64,000 bases of DNA from Cyanobacteria bacterium auto_48_18 (GTDB lineage Bacteria > Cyanobacteriota > Vampirovibrionia > Obscuribacterales > Obscuribacteraceae), in assembly GCA_036170915.1 (NCBI GenBank), contig JAVHQC010000006.1:1-64000 (forward strand). The letters are read 5' to 3'. The translations under genes were made by a program, and so were the position numbers. The notes under the pieces are model-generated. The model worked only from the letters and a program-made list of their open reading frames with translations. It searched no databases and had not been told where the DNA came from. Below are positions 9,186 to 20,196 of this stretch, in pieces. Positions within the stretch are counted from its first letter, which is position 1, and every line of letters starts with the position of its first letter.

Positions 9186-10439
9186 CTATTTTCTTAAAAC
9201 CAGAGGAGCGATCAAAATTGAAATTACTGTGAGACCGGCGCCCAGTAAATTCAGTTCTTTGAGGAAATAAAGGCTCGACACCACTGCCAAAGTTTGTTCA
9301 ATAGGAATGCTGCAGAGGGCATAGACCAGCACAAGGACCGTATCTTTAGCCGCTAAAAAGTGCGGCAATTGGCGCAACGAAAGGTGCGTGAGCAAGTGGT
9401 GATACCAGTCAGGCAAAATTAGCCCGGCAATAGCAGCCATCGCGGTGAGGGTGGTGCAGCAGATAACTGAGCTGTGTGACCAGGCCCCGACGAAGTACAA
9501 TGTCAGGGCTACCAGAGCAACTACCTGTAAAATGATGCGCTTGCGTGCCAGTTTGTTGAGAAAGACTGAGAGCAGAGCGCCCACGCCGCAAGCTAAGCTC
9601 AAATTGGCGCTGAGCGTACTGATTATTAGAGTGCCGGCTTGATTGCATTCAATCGAGAAAAGCAAGCTGATAAAGATCGGCGCAAACAAAGGCAAATAAA
9701 GAGCCACAGTGGCAAGTAAAAATCTGGCCAGTTGCCATGGTCGCATTTCTGCTATCGAAACTGTTAGGGCAAGTATTTCTGACCTGTTATCGGTAGTATC
9801 CGAGTTTGGCATGATGGCCAGCCGAGCCAGATCTTCTTTGTCTTTAAAATCTTGCAGACATTTAAATCCAAGATAAGCCAGAGCAGTTGCCACAACATAT
9901 ATGCCGCACAAAAGCAGGTTGAAATATTCTCCGGGTGGCTGTGATACCAGGTATGGTGCCAGGTGAAGGGCTGACCATTGGCCGAAAAAAAATCCACATG
10001 TGAGCGCGCACAGGTAGGGCAATGGCCGGCTGGCCGTGGCGCGTAACTGCACAAAAGTAGTGGCCAAAGTCAGTTGGCCCAGTAAAAATATTCCAGACAG
10101 GGTCATGCCAACAGCGGGCTGGGAGCCGCACAATAGCTCGCGGGCCACAGGAATTGCAGAAGTCAGTGGAATCAGGGCACGCAATAAGATGGTGGCAGCA
10201 AGCCAGTGCAGCCGATTTTTACCTAACAAGAAAGGCGATGCAGCCAGGCTTAGTGGCAAAGCAAAAATCACTAGTGGTAAGAATATAAATGCTGCCCCGA
10301 GGCCGAGACTTTCGCCGCCAGGGCCTAGAAAAACGGTGGTGGCGCCCACGTTTATGGCAATGATGCGATCGCAGAGTGTGACAGCAAAGACGAAAAGAGC
10401 TAGCAAAACCACTGCCTGCCAGTCAGATCGCGCTGCCAA
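9186..10439 (-). CDS. Polytopic membrane protein, divergent MFS-like
   Basis: About 12 hydrophobic segments with a central hydrophilic loop; stop abuts the trmJ start. Confidence 0.6.
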   Translation of the reverse strand: MAARSDWQAVVLLALFVFAVTLCDRIIAINVGATTVFLGPGGESLGLGAAFIFLPLVIFALPLSLAASPFLLGKNRLHWLAATILLRALIPLTSAIPVARELLCGSQPAVGMTLSGIFLLGQLTLATTFVQLRATASRPLPYLCALTCGFFFGQWSALHLAPYLVSQPPGEYFNLLLCGIYVVATALAYLGFKCLQDFKDKEDLARLAIMPNSDTTDNRSEILALTVSIAEMRPWQLARFLLATVALYLPLFAPIFISLLFSIECNQAGTLIISTLSANLSLACGVGALLSVFLNKLARKRIILQVVALVALTLYFVGAWSHSSVICCTTLTAMAAIAGLILPDWYHHLLTHLSLRQLPHFLAAKDTVLVLVYALCSIPIEQTLAVVSSLYFLKELNLLGAGLTVISILIAPLVLRK

Positions 10440-10670
10440 TTGTATGGCCGCCAGATCTCGACCAGCCGAGTTAGAATCGGCCGTGGCAGAAGGTGTGTAG
10501 GTGATTGTCGATTTCAGTGTATCGATCCGATTGAGATTGTCGCTCTCTTAGATATAAAAGCGCCAAGTAAGGCTAACAAAGGTTCTGATATTCAATTTTC
10601 TATTATTGTGGCCCAGAATTGGGGCGAATCTAGTGCGAAATAATGCGCTGGTGGGTTAAGAGACTCTTAG

Positions 10671-11732
10671 TTGACAAACTTTCTTCAAACCGTTCTTCAA
10701 AGCTTTTCTTCAGGGCTTTACCTCCATATCATTTCTATATTCTTTTCTATTCTATGTTTGAGCGATTGTGCGAGAATATTAGCTCTACGAGAGAAATTTT
10801 CACCAATCATCAGGAAGTCAGTGAGCCAGCTAAGCAAGCTTTTAATCGCAGTACTGGCAAGTCAATTTTGTTGCTTACCGCTAATTCCGTCACCTGTAAG
10901 CGCGCAAGTGCAGAATAACTCTCAACAGAAAATCTCCGGGCAGAAAGCCTCCCGGCCGAAAATCTCCCGGCAAAAAACGCGCACATCTGCTCGCACAACC
11001 TATCTGAGACAACTAGGACGACACGACCGTAAAGTGAACCTTGGTTTGGCTTACTGGATAGAGCTTAATCGCGGCGGCAAGTACTACAAGACCAATAATA
11101 AGGCCCGCTTCCGCTCAGGAGACCAGGTGTGGTTTCATCTGGTGCCTAATGCCGACGCATATGCATATATTATTCTGCGCCAGGGCACTAAAGGCACCAA
11201 AACTGTGCTCTTTCCCCTCGAAATTACAGGCATGGACAATCTGGTCAAGCGTGGCCGTGACTGTGTGGTGCCCACTGAAAATACATTGCAGTTCGATGAT
11301 ACGCCAGGTGTGGAAAACGTGGCTCTTTTGCTGAGCCGAAAAAAAATCGACCCTGCCCTTTTTCTCGATTATCCCGTGCGGCTCACAGCCTACGTCTCAG
11401 GCCCAGCAGATCATGCTGGCGTTGTTCAGGAGCCGGCACAACCGGTGCACAAATTGCCAGAACGCACCAAGGTTTCTGTAGAAGGTTCTGCTAATGGTGA
11501 GCTGGCCAAAGTAAATTTGCCAGCGGCAAAAGCAGACGGCGAGCCTGGTCAGCCCATCGCATCTCGTTCTCAGGTGAAAGTTGATTTGCTGGACCGCGAA
11601 GGTAAAAGACGGGGTCGTCAGCTCTGGCGCACTGCGGCAGCCTCACTGCGAGACTCGAATATGATCGTTGTAGTTGGTGAAGACCCTGATGCTGTAGTGT
11701 CAGTCAACATTTCGCTTATTCATGACAAGTAG
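10671..11732 (+). CDS. DUF4384-like domain exported protein; start uncertain
   Basis: RFRSGDQVWFHLVPNADAYAYI...VLFP...FDDTPGVENVALLLS pattern; signal-like segment ending VSA|Q. Confidence 0.7.
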   Translation: MTNFLQTVLQSFSSGLYLHIISIFFSILCLSDCARILALREKFSPIIRKSVSQLSKLLIAVLASQFCCLPLIPSPVSAQVQNNSQQKISGQKASRPKISRQKTRTSARTTYLRQLGRHDRKVNLGLAYWIELNRGGKYYKTNNKARFRSGDQVWFHLVPNADAYAYIILRQGTKGTKTVLFPLEITGMDNLVKRGRDCVVPTENTLQFDDTPGVENVALLLSRKKIDPALFLDYPVRLTAYVSGPADHAGVVQEPAQPVHKLPERTKVSVEGSANGELAKVNLPAAKADGEPGQPIASRSQVKVDLLDREGKRRGRQLWRTAAASLRDSNMIVVVGEDPDAVVSVNISLIHDK

Positions 11733-11821
11733 ATGAGCAATGACTTATTTAGCGTAAGTCACCATTCGACGGCGCGCATGTCTTAAACTATTACTTGTCT
11801 TCTCAGCCGCAGGTCATATAA

Positions 11822-13525
11822 GTGGGCGCGCCATTGTCACAGATAGAAAAAACATCAGTTGTGCACAATCGAAGCTTGCCTTTATTAGAAGGTGGCATCT
11901 TCGATATTTTAGTTGAAGGCATGATCGCCCATGCAAATTCTAAGGTTTTAAGCCACGGCGGCGTAGAGTTCACATACAAACAAGCAATGGCTCGCACTCT
12001 TCATTTGGTTGAAGTGTTGACCAGCTATGGTATCAGCCGCGGTGACCGAGTCGGTCTTTATTTTCCCAACCATTTTGATTTTCTTGCGGCCTTTTTCTCG
12101 ATCAGCGCTCTGGGAGCTACTGTTGTTCCTATCAACCCATTACTCAAGGCTGAAGAAATTGGTCATGTGCTCGCCGACTCTCAGGCAGTCGCTTTAATAT
12201 CCCACTCCAAATTTTTAAGTGGTGACAGCAAGTCGGCGTCTGATGCCGAGAAAGAAGTAAGGGCTACCTTAAATTCGCTAACAAGTTTGAAGACCCTATT
12301 TTTGCTCTGCGCGCCAACAGAACAAATCGCAAATAATGATGCTTACAGAACCGTCAGTCTGACCGAGCAATCTTTAGATCACGGCATGCGGGGCTGGCTG
12401 CCCTTGCTAGACAAAAGTCAGCTATCTAAAGATACAATTTTTAGTCAACTAGCACAGCCTCAGCCTGGTGCCAACTCAAACTTAGAACCAGGCCAAGAGC
12501 TGGCCTTGATCGTTTATACCTCAGGCACTACTGGTAAACCAAAAGGGGCGATGCTTTCTTTCGCCAATATTCTTACGGCAGTAACTGTTTATCCCAAACG
12601 TTTAGACGTTAATCGGCATGACAGAATCGCTGCGGTGCTGCCCCTCTGTCACTTATATGGGTTGATTGTTGTTTTACTGGGCACCATTAAACAAGGTGCC
12701 ACCATGGTGATGTTGGAACAGTTCGAAGCGACCAAGTTAGCAGCACTGATTGAAAATGAAAAAATAACGGTATTGCCTGCGGTGCCGACCATGTATCAGT
12801 TTCTTTCCCTTGAACTCGATAAAGCACCACGCTCGCTAGCTTCGTTACGGTTGGGTATGTGCGGCGGATCTGCCATGCCGGTTGAATTGATGAAAAAGCT
12901 CGAAAGTCAGCTCAACATACCGATACTGGAAGGATGGGCGCTGACTGAATGTTCCGTCATTGCCACGCTTAATCCCGTTGAATTGCGTAAATACGGCTCT
13001 GTAGGTATACCGTTACCTGGTTTAGAGGTAGCGGTGTTAGATAAAGACGGTCTGCCCATGCCTGCAGGCAGTGATAATATCGGCGAACTTTGTTGTCGCG
13101 GTAGGAATGTGATGCAGGGTTATCTGGGTAAGGCAGAAGCTACCGCAGAGACCATTAAAGACAATTGGCTTCATACAGGTGATCTTGGCTACAGCGATAG
13201 CGATGGTTATTTATATGTTGTTGGTCGTAGCAAAGAAATGATCATTCGTGGCGGCATGAACATTTATCCGCGTGAAGTAGAATCAGTGCTGTTGCGGCAT
13301 CACTCTGTGCGCGAAGCAGCTGTGATTGGCGTACCTGACCAGTATATGGGTGAGAGAGTGAAAGCATTTGTCGTTCTCAAAGAAAATGTCACTGCTTCTG
13401 AAGAGGACCTGAAGGCCTTTTGCTCGAAGCACATGGCCGACTACAAGGTGCCGCGCCTGGTGGAGTTTGTGGAAAGCATTCCGAAAAATTCCACAGGCAA
13501 AGTGCTTAAGCGATTACTCTCTTAA
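11822..13525 (+). CDS. fadD: Long-chain fatty acid--CoA ligase (AMP-binding)
   Basis: YTSGTTGKPKG, GWALTE, LHTGDLG, GRSKEMI and GKV motifs. Confidence 0.9.
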   Translation: MGAPLSQIEKTSVVHNRSLPLLEGGIFDILVEGMIAHANSKVLSHGGVEFTYKQAMARTLHLVEVLTSYGISRGDRVGLYFPNHFDFLAAFFSISALGATVVPINPLLKAEEIGHVLADSQAVALISHSKFLSGDSKSASDAEKEVRATLNSLTSLKTLFLLCAPTEQIANNDAYRTVSLTEQSLDHGMRGWLPLLDKSQLSKDTIFSQLAQPQPGANSNLEPGQELALIVYTSGTTGKPKGAMLSFANILTAVTVYPKRLDVNRHDRIAAVLPLCHLYGLIVVLLGTIKQGATMVMLEQFEATKLAALIENEKITVLPAVPTMYQFLSLELDKAPRSLASLRLGMCGGSAMPVELMKKLESQLNIPILEGWALTECSVIATLNPVELRKYGSVGIPLPGLEVAVLDKDGLPMPAGSDNIGELCCRGRNVMQGYLGKAEATAETIKDNWLHTGDLGYSDSDGYLYVVGRSKEMIIRGGMNIYPREVESVLLRHHSVREAAVIGVPDQYMGERVKAFVVLKENVTASEEDLKAFCSKHMADYKVPRLVEFVESIPKNSTGKVLKRLLS

Positions 13526-13526
13526 G

Positions 13527-14381
13527 TCATTTATTTGCGCTGAGATAATGCATTTCTTCAAGGCGCTTGATGCGCTCGGCCATAGGCGGATGGGTGGAAA
13601 AAAGATTCATGATCCAGCTGGCCTGCTGTGTTCGTGCAATGTAGAGCGATGAAAGTGCAGGATTTGCTGCAGTCATCGGTCGCATCTGGCTGAGCTGATC
13701 AATCTTGTTTAGTGCCGATGCCAGTGCCAGAGGCCTGCCGCATAAATGAGCACCAGTAACATCAGCTTCGTATTCTCTTGAGCGGCTAATGCCCAAGTTA
13801 ATAAGGCTGGCTGCAATGGGTGCCAGTATCATCATCAATAGAACAAAAATAGGATTTGGCGCCGGCCGGTCATCATTTCTGTAGCCGGAACCCATGTACA
13901 TTCCATAATGGGCAATAGTTGTGACAACACCGGCCAAGACAGCGGCAATAGTTGAAATCAAAATATCGCGATTTTTTACGTGGCCAAGTTCGTGAGCGAG
14001 AACTGCTTCAAGCTCTTCAGTATTGAGCAATTGCAAAATGCCGCGAGTGACTGCAATGGCCGAATGGGCAGGGTCGCGGCCCGTGGCGAAAGCGTTGGGA
14101 GAGTCGTCAGGAATAAAGTAAACAGTGGGCATGGGAATTTTTGCTTCTTGAGCTAGACGACCGACCATTTCGTATAGCTCTGGAGCTTCAGCTTGACTAA
14201 TGGGTTGCGCGTGCGACATAGAGAGAGCCATGGGAGCTGAAAACCAATAGCTGAGTACATTAGTAACCACGGCAAAGACAAATGCCATAATCACGCCGTC
14301 TCGGCCACCCATCACGCCGCCCACTGCCACAATCAAAGTGGTCAGTACACCCATTAATACGATAGTTTTTAACGTGTTCAT
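13527..14381 (-). CDS. htpX: Zinc metalloprotease HtpX (M48)
   Basis: PNAFATG, AHELGH, SRSREYEAD and FSTHPP motifs. Confidence 0.95.
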   Translation of the reverse strand: MNTLKTIVLMGVLTTLIVAVGGVMGGRDGVIMAFVFAVVTNVLSYWFSAPMALSMSHAQPISQAEAPELYEMVGRLAQEAKIPMPTVYFIPDDSPNAFATGRDPAHSAIAVTRGILQLLNTEELEAVLAHELGHVKNRDILISTIAAVLAGVVTTIAHYGMYMGSGYRNDDRPAPNPIFVLLMMILAPIAASLINLGISRSREYEADVTGAHLCGRPLALASALNKIDQLSQMRPMTAANPALSSLYIARTQQASWIMNLFSTHPPMAERIKRLEEMHYLSANK

Positions 14382-14466
14382 AATTAGACTCTAGTAGAGT
14401 GCAACGGTAGCCGCTTGAAAGTATGCAATTTTTTAAGCTTCGTTTTTAGTGAGATAAGGAGCTGAT

Positions 14467-15867
14467 ATGCCGGAGCAAGTAGAAACCAGAGTCGAGCGTG
14501 ACTCTATGGGAGCAATGGATGTTCCTGCTCATGCCTATTATGGTGCCAGTACACAAAGAGCAGTTTTGAATTTTCCCATTTCAACATTGCGATTTCAGCG
14601 CTCTTTCATTCGCGCACTAGGTCTAGTTAAACTTTATGCTGCTGAAGTAAATAAAGAGTTTGGCGATGTCGACGCTAAAGTTGCCGATGCCATTATTGCC
14701 GCCGCAAAAGAAGTGGTGGCCGGAAAATTAGACGAGCATTTTGTGGTGGATATTTTCCAAACCGGCTCTGGTACTTCTACAAATATGAATGCTAATGAAG
14801 TTATCGCCAACCGTGCCATAGAAATAATGGGTGGTATGCGTGGCGACAGAAATCTTGTGCATCCCAATGACCATGTCAATAATGGCATGTCATCAAATGA
14901 TGCTATTCCGACCGCTATACACATTGCTGCATTAATTGCCATCAAAGAAAGTCTGGTGCCAGCACTCAACGAGCTTCATGTCAGTCTCGAAGCCAAATCA
15001 CAAGAGTTTATGCCCGTCATTAAAACCGGGCGCACTCATCTGCAAGACGCTACTCCAATACGATTAGGTCAAGAATTCACAGGATACAGCGGCCAGATTG
15101 AACGCGCCCTGGAGCGGCTTGAATATGCGCAGTTGAGGCTCTCGCAAGTGGCCCTGGGGGGCACTGCAGTTGGCACTGGAATAAATACTCGGCCGGAATT
15201 TGCCGGTAAAGTTTTGACGAAAATTTCTCAAGATATTGCTATTACATTGAGCGAAACTACTAATCATTTTCAGGCGCAAAGTACTCTTGACGAAATTGTG
15301 GATACTTCTGGAATATTGAAGACCATAGCCGTGAGTTTGATTAAAATTGCCAACGATATTCGCTGGCTGGGCAGCGGCCCGCGCGCTGGTTTTGGCGAAA
15401 TTGCTTTACCTGAAGTGCAGCCGGGCTCTTCAATTATGCCGGCTAAAGTCAACCCTGTTATTGCCGAGTCTCTGTGCATGGTTACCGCTCAAGTGATTGG
15501 TAACGATGCCACCATTGCCATGGCCGGTGCTTCCGGCAATTTTGAATTGAATGTGATGATGCCTGTGGCCGCATTTAATTTAATTCAATCAATTGATCTG
15601 TTAGCCGCTGCGGTGTCCAATTTCACCAGACAATGCATTAACGGCCTCAAAGCCACAGATAAAGGTCCAGAGCTCGTTGAGCGCGGTCTGGCACTTTGTA
15701 CCGCTCTGGTGCCTGCAGTCGGCTACGACCAGGCGGCCGGTATTGCCCATGATGCCTATAGTTCAGGCCGAACGGTTCGCGATGTGGCGCGAGAAAAAAC
15801 AAAACTGTCAGAAAAAGAACTGACTGATTTACTTGATGCCAGCAGAATGACCGGGACTCACGAATGA
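14467..15867 (+). CDS. fumC: Class II fumarate hydratase
   Basis: QTGSGTSTNMNANE, GRTHLQDA and GSSIMPAKVNP motifs. Confidence 0.95.
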   Translation: MPEQVETRVERDSMGAMDVPAHAYYGASTQRAVLNFPISTLRFQRSFIRALGLVKLYAAEVNKEFGDVDAKVADAIIAAAKEVVAGKLDEHFVVDIFQTGSGTSTNMNANEVIANRAIEIMGGMRGDRNLVHPNDHVNNGMSSNDAIPTAIHIAALIAIKESLVPALNELHVSLEAKSQEFMPVIKTGRTHLQDATPIRLGQEFTGYSGQIERALERLEYAQLRLSQVALGGTAVGTGINTRPEFAGKVLTKISQDIAITLSETTNHFQAQSTLDEIVDTSGILKTIAVSLIKIANDIRWLGSGPRAGFGEIALPEVQPGSSIMPAKVNPVIAESLCMVTAQVIGNDATIAMAGASGNFELNVMMPVAAFNLIQSIDLLAAAVSNFTRQCINGLKATDKGPELVERGLALCTALVPAVGYDQAAGIAHDAYSSGRTVRDVAREKTKLSEKELTDLLDASRMTGTHE

Positions 15868-16898
15868 GCTAATCTTATAGAATTTAGTGCCACGCCTAAT
15901 TGTTGAGCACTGGCAAAACGCTCTTCTGGTTTTTTTGTCAGGCAAGTAAAAATAATTTCTTCCAGATCTTTGCTCACTTGCGGTGCGTCTTTGAGTTTCT
16001 GAAAAAGTGGTGGCATCTCGTAGAGGTGCATAGCAAAAGTATGCATTGCATTGCTGCCGCGTAGAGGTGGGCTGCCTGTAAGCATTTCATAGAACATACA
16101 ACCAAGCGAATAAATATCTGAGCGGGCATCGAGGTCGGCGCCCATGCACTGTTCTGGGCTCATATAGAGCGGGCTACCGAAAATATAGCCTGGTTGGGTT
16201 AGCTTTTGCGAAACTTTGTCATTATCACTATCGTTATATTTGTCGTCGTGAAGAGACTGGCATTTGGCAATACCAAAATCAAGCAATTTGACATTTACAC
16301 TTACACTTTCACTTTCACCTTTAATGAAGGCCGCATCGTGGTCAGAGAGCTGGTCTACAAGCATGACATTGCTTGGCTTAATGTCACGGTGCACAATGCC
16401 TAAGTCATGGGCGAAAGCCAGACCTTCGACAATAGCTTTAACGATTTCTAGAGCCTTTACTTCTTTAATGCGAATTTCACGATCGAGTACATCATCAAGT
16501 CCGCATCCCTTTAGATGTTCCAACACCAAATAAGGCCTGGGGCTCTTTAACTTGATCGTGTCTTGCTCTTTGATATTGGCAGCATCGTTATTCTGATCTT
16601 CGTACCAACTCGATTTATGCACTTCTCCACTTAGAACTCCGTGCGAGATCATGTGCACTATATTGTGATGATTGAGAGCATTGATGATGATTGCTTCGCG
16701 TTTAAAGCGTTCAATGCTTTCGGTGGTGTTCGAAAAGTGTGTATGTAGAATCTTAACCGCCACAGTCAGATCAACTCGGTTATGCTTGGCCAAGTAAACC
16801 GTGCTGATGCCGCCTCGCCCGAGCACGCTCTGAAGAATAAAACGATTTTCAATCAGTGATCCAACCAGAGCCCGATCGGCAAATTCTTCTGAGGGCAT
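15858..16898 (-). CDS. Stand-alone Hanks-type Ser/Thr protein kinase
   Basis: GRGGIS, VAVK, HRDIKPSN, DFG and GSPLYMSPEQ motifs; kinase domain only. Confidence 0.95.
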   Translation of the reverse strand: MPSEEFADRALVGSLIENRFILQSVLGRGGISTVYLAKHNRVDLTVAVKILHTHFSNTTESIERFKREAIIINALNHHNIVHMISHGVLSGEVHKSSWYEDQNNDAANIKEQDTIKLKSPRPYLVLEHLKGCGLDDVLDREIRIKEVKALEIVKAIVEGLAFAHDLGIVHRDIKPSNVMLVDQLSDHDAAFIKGESESVSVNVKLLDFGIAKCQSLHDDKYNDSDNDKVSQKLTQPGYIFGSPLYMSPEQCMGADLDARSDIYSLGCMFYEMLTGSPPLRGSNAMHTFAMHLYEMPPLFQKLKDAPQVSKDLEEIIFTCLTKKPEERFASAQQLGVALNSIRLAHS

Positions 16899-16936
16899 GA
16901 TCGTCCTTTTTTGTAATCCTACGTTCTGTTTGTATA

Positions 16937-18835
16937 CTAACCTACGTGCACCCTGGGTCGCTGACTGCGGTCGCTTTCTGCATGACGTAGAATTTCGCGG
17001 GTGACCGGCGCGGTTTCACCCTGTCCGAGAAATATAAATCGGAACACATACAGTAGCGGATTTCCTTCTGTCCACCCGAGATAGATATGCGCGTGTCTGG
17101 AATGTTTAGCGGTGTGATCTCTAACATAAAGCAATATGGCGGCAATTGCGTTAGGAACAGCAGGGCTGGTGCACTTTAGAATACGGAATCCGTCACGTTC
17201 TTCTCCGTAGACCTCGAGCTTTTTAAAGTTAAATTCGGAGACGTCGCCTAACGATATTTCTACAAATACTAGATATTTGCCGGCTAAATTATGAACCTCG
17301 CGAGCGTTTCTATCCGCTTCCACCAGGTCGCCTCCGGGTCTGTGGGCAACCAGGCGAAATTCGGCATCGGGATTATCAGCAATAAATTTTTTCGCCAGAT
17401 CGTCGAAGACCACTTCCTTAACGCGCAGTTCGGTTGAACGTGCCGACCTCGAAATTATTGAAGTGAGCAAAATGGCGCCGATAAAAAAAGCAGCAATGTG
17501 CAAACCATCAGGGCGCTCACGGATATTTTGCAGTGTGGTGTAGAGAAAAATTAGAGTAATGGTGGCGTATGAAAAGCGCGCCACAGGTTTGGTCTCCCAT
17601 GCCTTCAGCGTCACTGCCAGAGCGGCTGACGTAATCAATACCAACACGCCCGTTGCGTAGGCGCCTGCCTGGGCGTCGACATTGGCCCTGAAAATAATCG
17701 TCACTGCCAGCGCTATAGCTGTGAGAAAAATTACTAGCGGATTCTTGGCGCTGGCCCAGTCAGGTGCCATGCCATAACGAGGTAAATAGCGCGGCACCAG
17801 ATTTAACAGACCGGCCATAGCTGAAGCACCGGCAAACCACAAAATCGAAATGCTGCTCAGATCGTAAACTGTTCCCACTGTAGCTCCGAGCAAGTGATGG
17901 CACAGGTAAGACAGGGCTCGCCCATTGGCTTTGCCACCATCAGCAAATTCTGCCTCTGGAATAAGCATGGTGGTGGCAAATGAGCTGGCCATAAGAAAGA
18001 CGCTCATGATCAAAGCTGAGGTCAATAGAAGTTTCTTTGTGTTGGCAATTCTGGCTGATAAATCTTGGCCTGAATTTATTGAACCTTCTGAATTTATTGA
18101 ACCCTTTGAATTTATTGAACTTTCTGAATTTATTGAACCTTTTACCAGAGGCATCACCGCTACGCCTGTTTCAAATCCAGACAGCCCCAGGGCCAGTTTA
18201 GGAAAGAGAATCATCGATAAGCCGAGCATGCTCCACCAATTGTGGTGTTGCTTAAAAAGTTCGGCGCTCCAATTGCCGAAGTGCTCGGGATGGTGACTTA
18301 GTTCCACTGCAGAGGCCGTGATAATGGCAAAATTTAGCAGCAAGTAAATGCTCACCAGCACTACTGAAAGACCTATGGCTTCATCAAAACCTTTTATAAA
18401 AATCGCACCCAGACAGAGAATAAGAATAATGGTCAGTGCCATTTGACCAAAAGGCAAAACGTGGCTGAGCATGCTATTGGCGGTTATGTGCGCAGCTGCG
18501 TCGGCGGCAGATAATGTGATAGTGATAATAAAATCGGTGGCAGCAAATCCGAGCAGACAAAGCACCAGAGTTTTACCCTGCCAACTAGGCAGCAACTTTT
18601 CGAGCATAGCAAGGCTGCCCTGGCCGTATGGCGAGTGTTTGGCAACCTGGTAATACACTGGCAGTGCGCCAAACAATGTAAGCAGCACAAGAATTGCAGT
18701 GGCAACTGGTGAGAGCAGACCTGCTGCTAAAAAAGCGATACCTGGTTGATAACCCAGGGTTGAGAAGTAGTCAACTCCGGTAAGGCACATGACTTTCCAC
18801 CATGGCCCCTGATGTTGTTCGGTTTGAGCCTTCAA
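16937..18835 (-). CDS. APC-superfamily permease with cytoplasmic C-terminal domain
   Basis: [13 protein letters not shown] and [13 protein letters not shown] motifs; about 12 TM helices. Confidence 0.8.
   Translation of the reverse strand: MKAQTEQHQGPWWKVMCLTGVDYFSTLGYQPGIAFLAAGLLSPVATAILVLLTLFGALPVYYQVAKHSPYGQGSLAMLEKLLPSWQGKTLVLCLLGFAATDFIITITLSAADAAAHITANSMLSHVLPFGQMALTIILILCLGAIFIKGFDEAIGLSVVLVSIYLLLNFAIITASAVELSHHPEHFGNWSAELFKQHHNWWSMLGLSMILFPKLALGLSGFETGVAVMPLVKGSINSESSINSKGSINSEGSINSGQDLSARIANTKKLLLTSALIMSVFLMASSFATTMLIPEAEFADGGKANGRALSYLCHHLLGATVGTVYDLSSISILWFAGASAMAGLLNLVPRYLPRYGMAPDWASAKNPLVIFLTAIALAVTIIFRANVDAQAGAYATGVLVLITSAALAVTLKAWETKPVARFSYATITLIFLYTTLQNIRERPDGLHIAAFFIGAILLTSIISRSARSTELRVKEVVFDDLAKKFIADNPDAEFRLVAHRPGGDLVEADRNAREVHNLAGKYLVFVEISLGDVSEFNFKKLEVYGEERDGFRILKCTSPAVPNAIAAILLYVRDHTAKHSRHAHIYLGWTEGNPLLYVFRFIFLGQGETAPVTREILRHAESDRSQRPRVHVG
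18071..18140. repeat. Four 18-bp tandem repeats in frame within the permease (xSINSx)
   Basis: TGAATTTATTGAAC recurs at 18071, 18089, 18107 and 18125. Confidence 0.9.
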
Positions 18836-18976
18836 ATTTTCTCCAACAATGTCTTAAGCTTATTAGTTGTGCCCACTGTTCAGCTATTTCATCTGGCGGC
18901 TCTATACAGTGCTGGGTTATCAGTGCGGCAGAACGGGTAGGCTATTGGCAGATGTAACTAGCGAAGCAGGTCGGCA

Positions 18977-20194
18977 ATGAAATGGGCGTCTGTTCTTGAA
19001 CTGACAGAAGGAAATGCTTCCTCGAGTGCTGGTGCGACTAAAGGCAACTGGCCTAAAGTCGTGAGCGCCCTGGCGGATGATTTGCAAAATCAGTTAGATG
19101 GAAAGACACCAGATTTGCTGGTGGCATTTATTTCGCCTGATTATAAAAAATATTTTGAAGAAATCGCTGAGCTTCTGCGAGAGATACTCAAGCCAGGCTC
19201 GTTTATCGGCTGCACCGCCGGCGGCTTGATTGGTGGTGGCCAGGAAGTTGAGCAACAATCGGCACTGGCTCTAACAGGAGCGATTTTGCCTGGGGTAAAG
19301 GTCAACACTTTTCACATTGCCAACGATTCAATGCCTGATCTTGATGACGCTCCGGCCAGCTGGGAGAAATTGATGGCAGTAGAAAGCAGCGACGAGCCCG
19401 CTTTCCTTCTGTTGAGCGACCCTTTTAGTTTTAAAATCGATAGTTTTGTGCAAGGCCTTGATTACGCTTATCCGCGTTCAATAAAGTTGGGCGGGCTCGC
19501 TTCAGGCGGTCACAAGGCCGGTGAAAATCGCATGATTGCCGACGCGGAGATATTTCGCTCTGGTCTGGTTGGTGTATCACTGGCAGGAAATATTCATGTA
19601 GATTCAGTGGTGGCACAAGGGTGTCGCGCTATCGGTAAAGCCAGTCGAGTGACCAAGTGTGATCGCAATTTACTTTATGAACTAGATGGCAAACCGGCTG
19701 TGACTGTTTTACGCGAGGCCATCGAACGCTTGTCTGATCGCGATCAGAAACTGGCCAAGGACGCCATTTTTCTTGGTGTAGCGATGGACGAATTTCAAGA
19801 CAAATTTGCCAACGGTGACTTTCTCGTGCGCACAATTTTTGGCATCGAACCTATGAGTGGTGCCTTGCTGGTGGGCGAAGTATTGCGTCCGGAGCGGACA
19901 GTGCAATTTCACTTGCGCGACGCCACATCGTCAGCCGAAGATTTAAGAAATATGCTCAAGCGTTATACCGATGCTAATGGTGGTGCCGCCCGCGGTGCCC
20001 TGCTTTTTTCGTGTCTCGGCCGCGGCCAATATCTCTATGGTCAGGCAAACCATGATAGTGACTGTTTTCGCGAGTTTTTCGGCGAAATTCCCATTGGCGG
20101 CTTCTTTTGCAACGGTGAAATTGGGCCTGTGGGTAATTCTACATATTTACATGGATACACATCTTCATTTGGTATTTTTAGAGAAAGAGACTAA
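18977..20194 (+). CDS. FIST N/C domain protein (NosP-like sensor)
   Basis: IGCTAGG, GGLASG, VAQGCR, LLFSCLGRG and GFFCNGEIGP motifs. Confidence 0.9.
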   Translation: MKWASVLELTEGNASSSAGATKGNWPKVVSALADDLQNQLDGKTPDLLVAFISPDYKKYFEEIAELLREILKPGSFIGCTAGGLIGGGQEVEQQSALALTGAILPGVKVNTFHIANDSMPDLDDAPASWEKLMAVESSDEPAFLLLSDPFSFKIDSFVQGLDYAYPRSIKLGGLASGGHKAGENRMIADAEIFRSGLVGVSLAGNIHVDSVVAQGCRAIGKASRVTKCDRNLLYELDGKPAVTVLREAIERLSDRDQKLAKDAIFLGVAMDEFQDKFANGDFLVRTIFGIEPMSGALLVGEVLRPERTVQFHLRDATSSAEDLRNMLKRYTDANGGAARGALLFSCLGRGQYLYGQANHDSDCFREFFGEIPIGGFFCNGEIGPVGNSTYLHGYTSSFGIFRERD

Positions 20195-20196
20195 TC

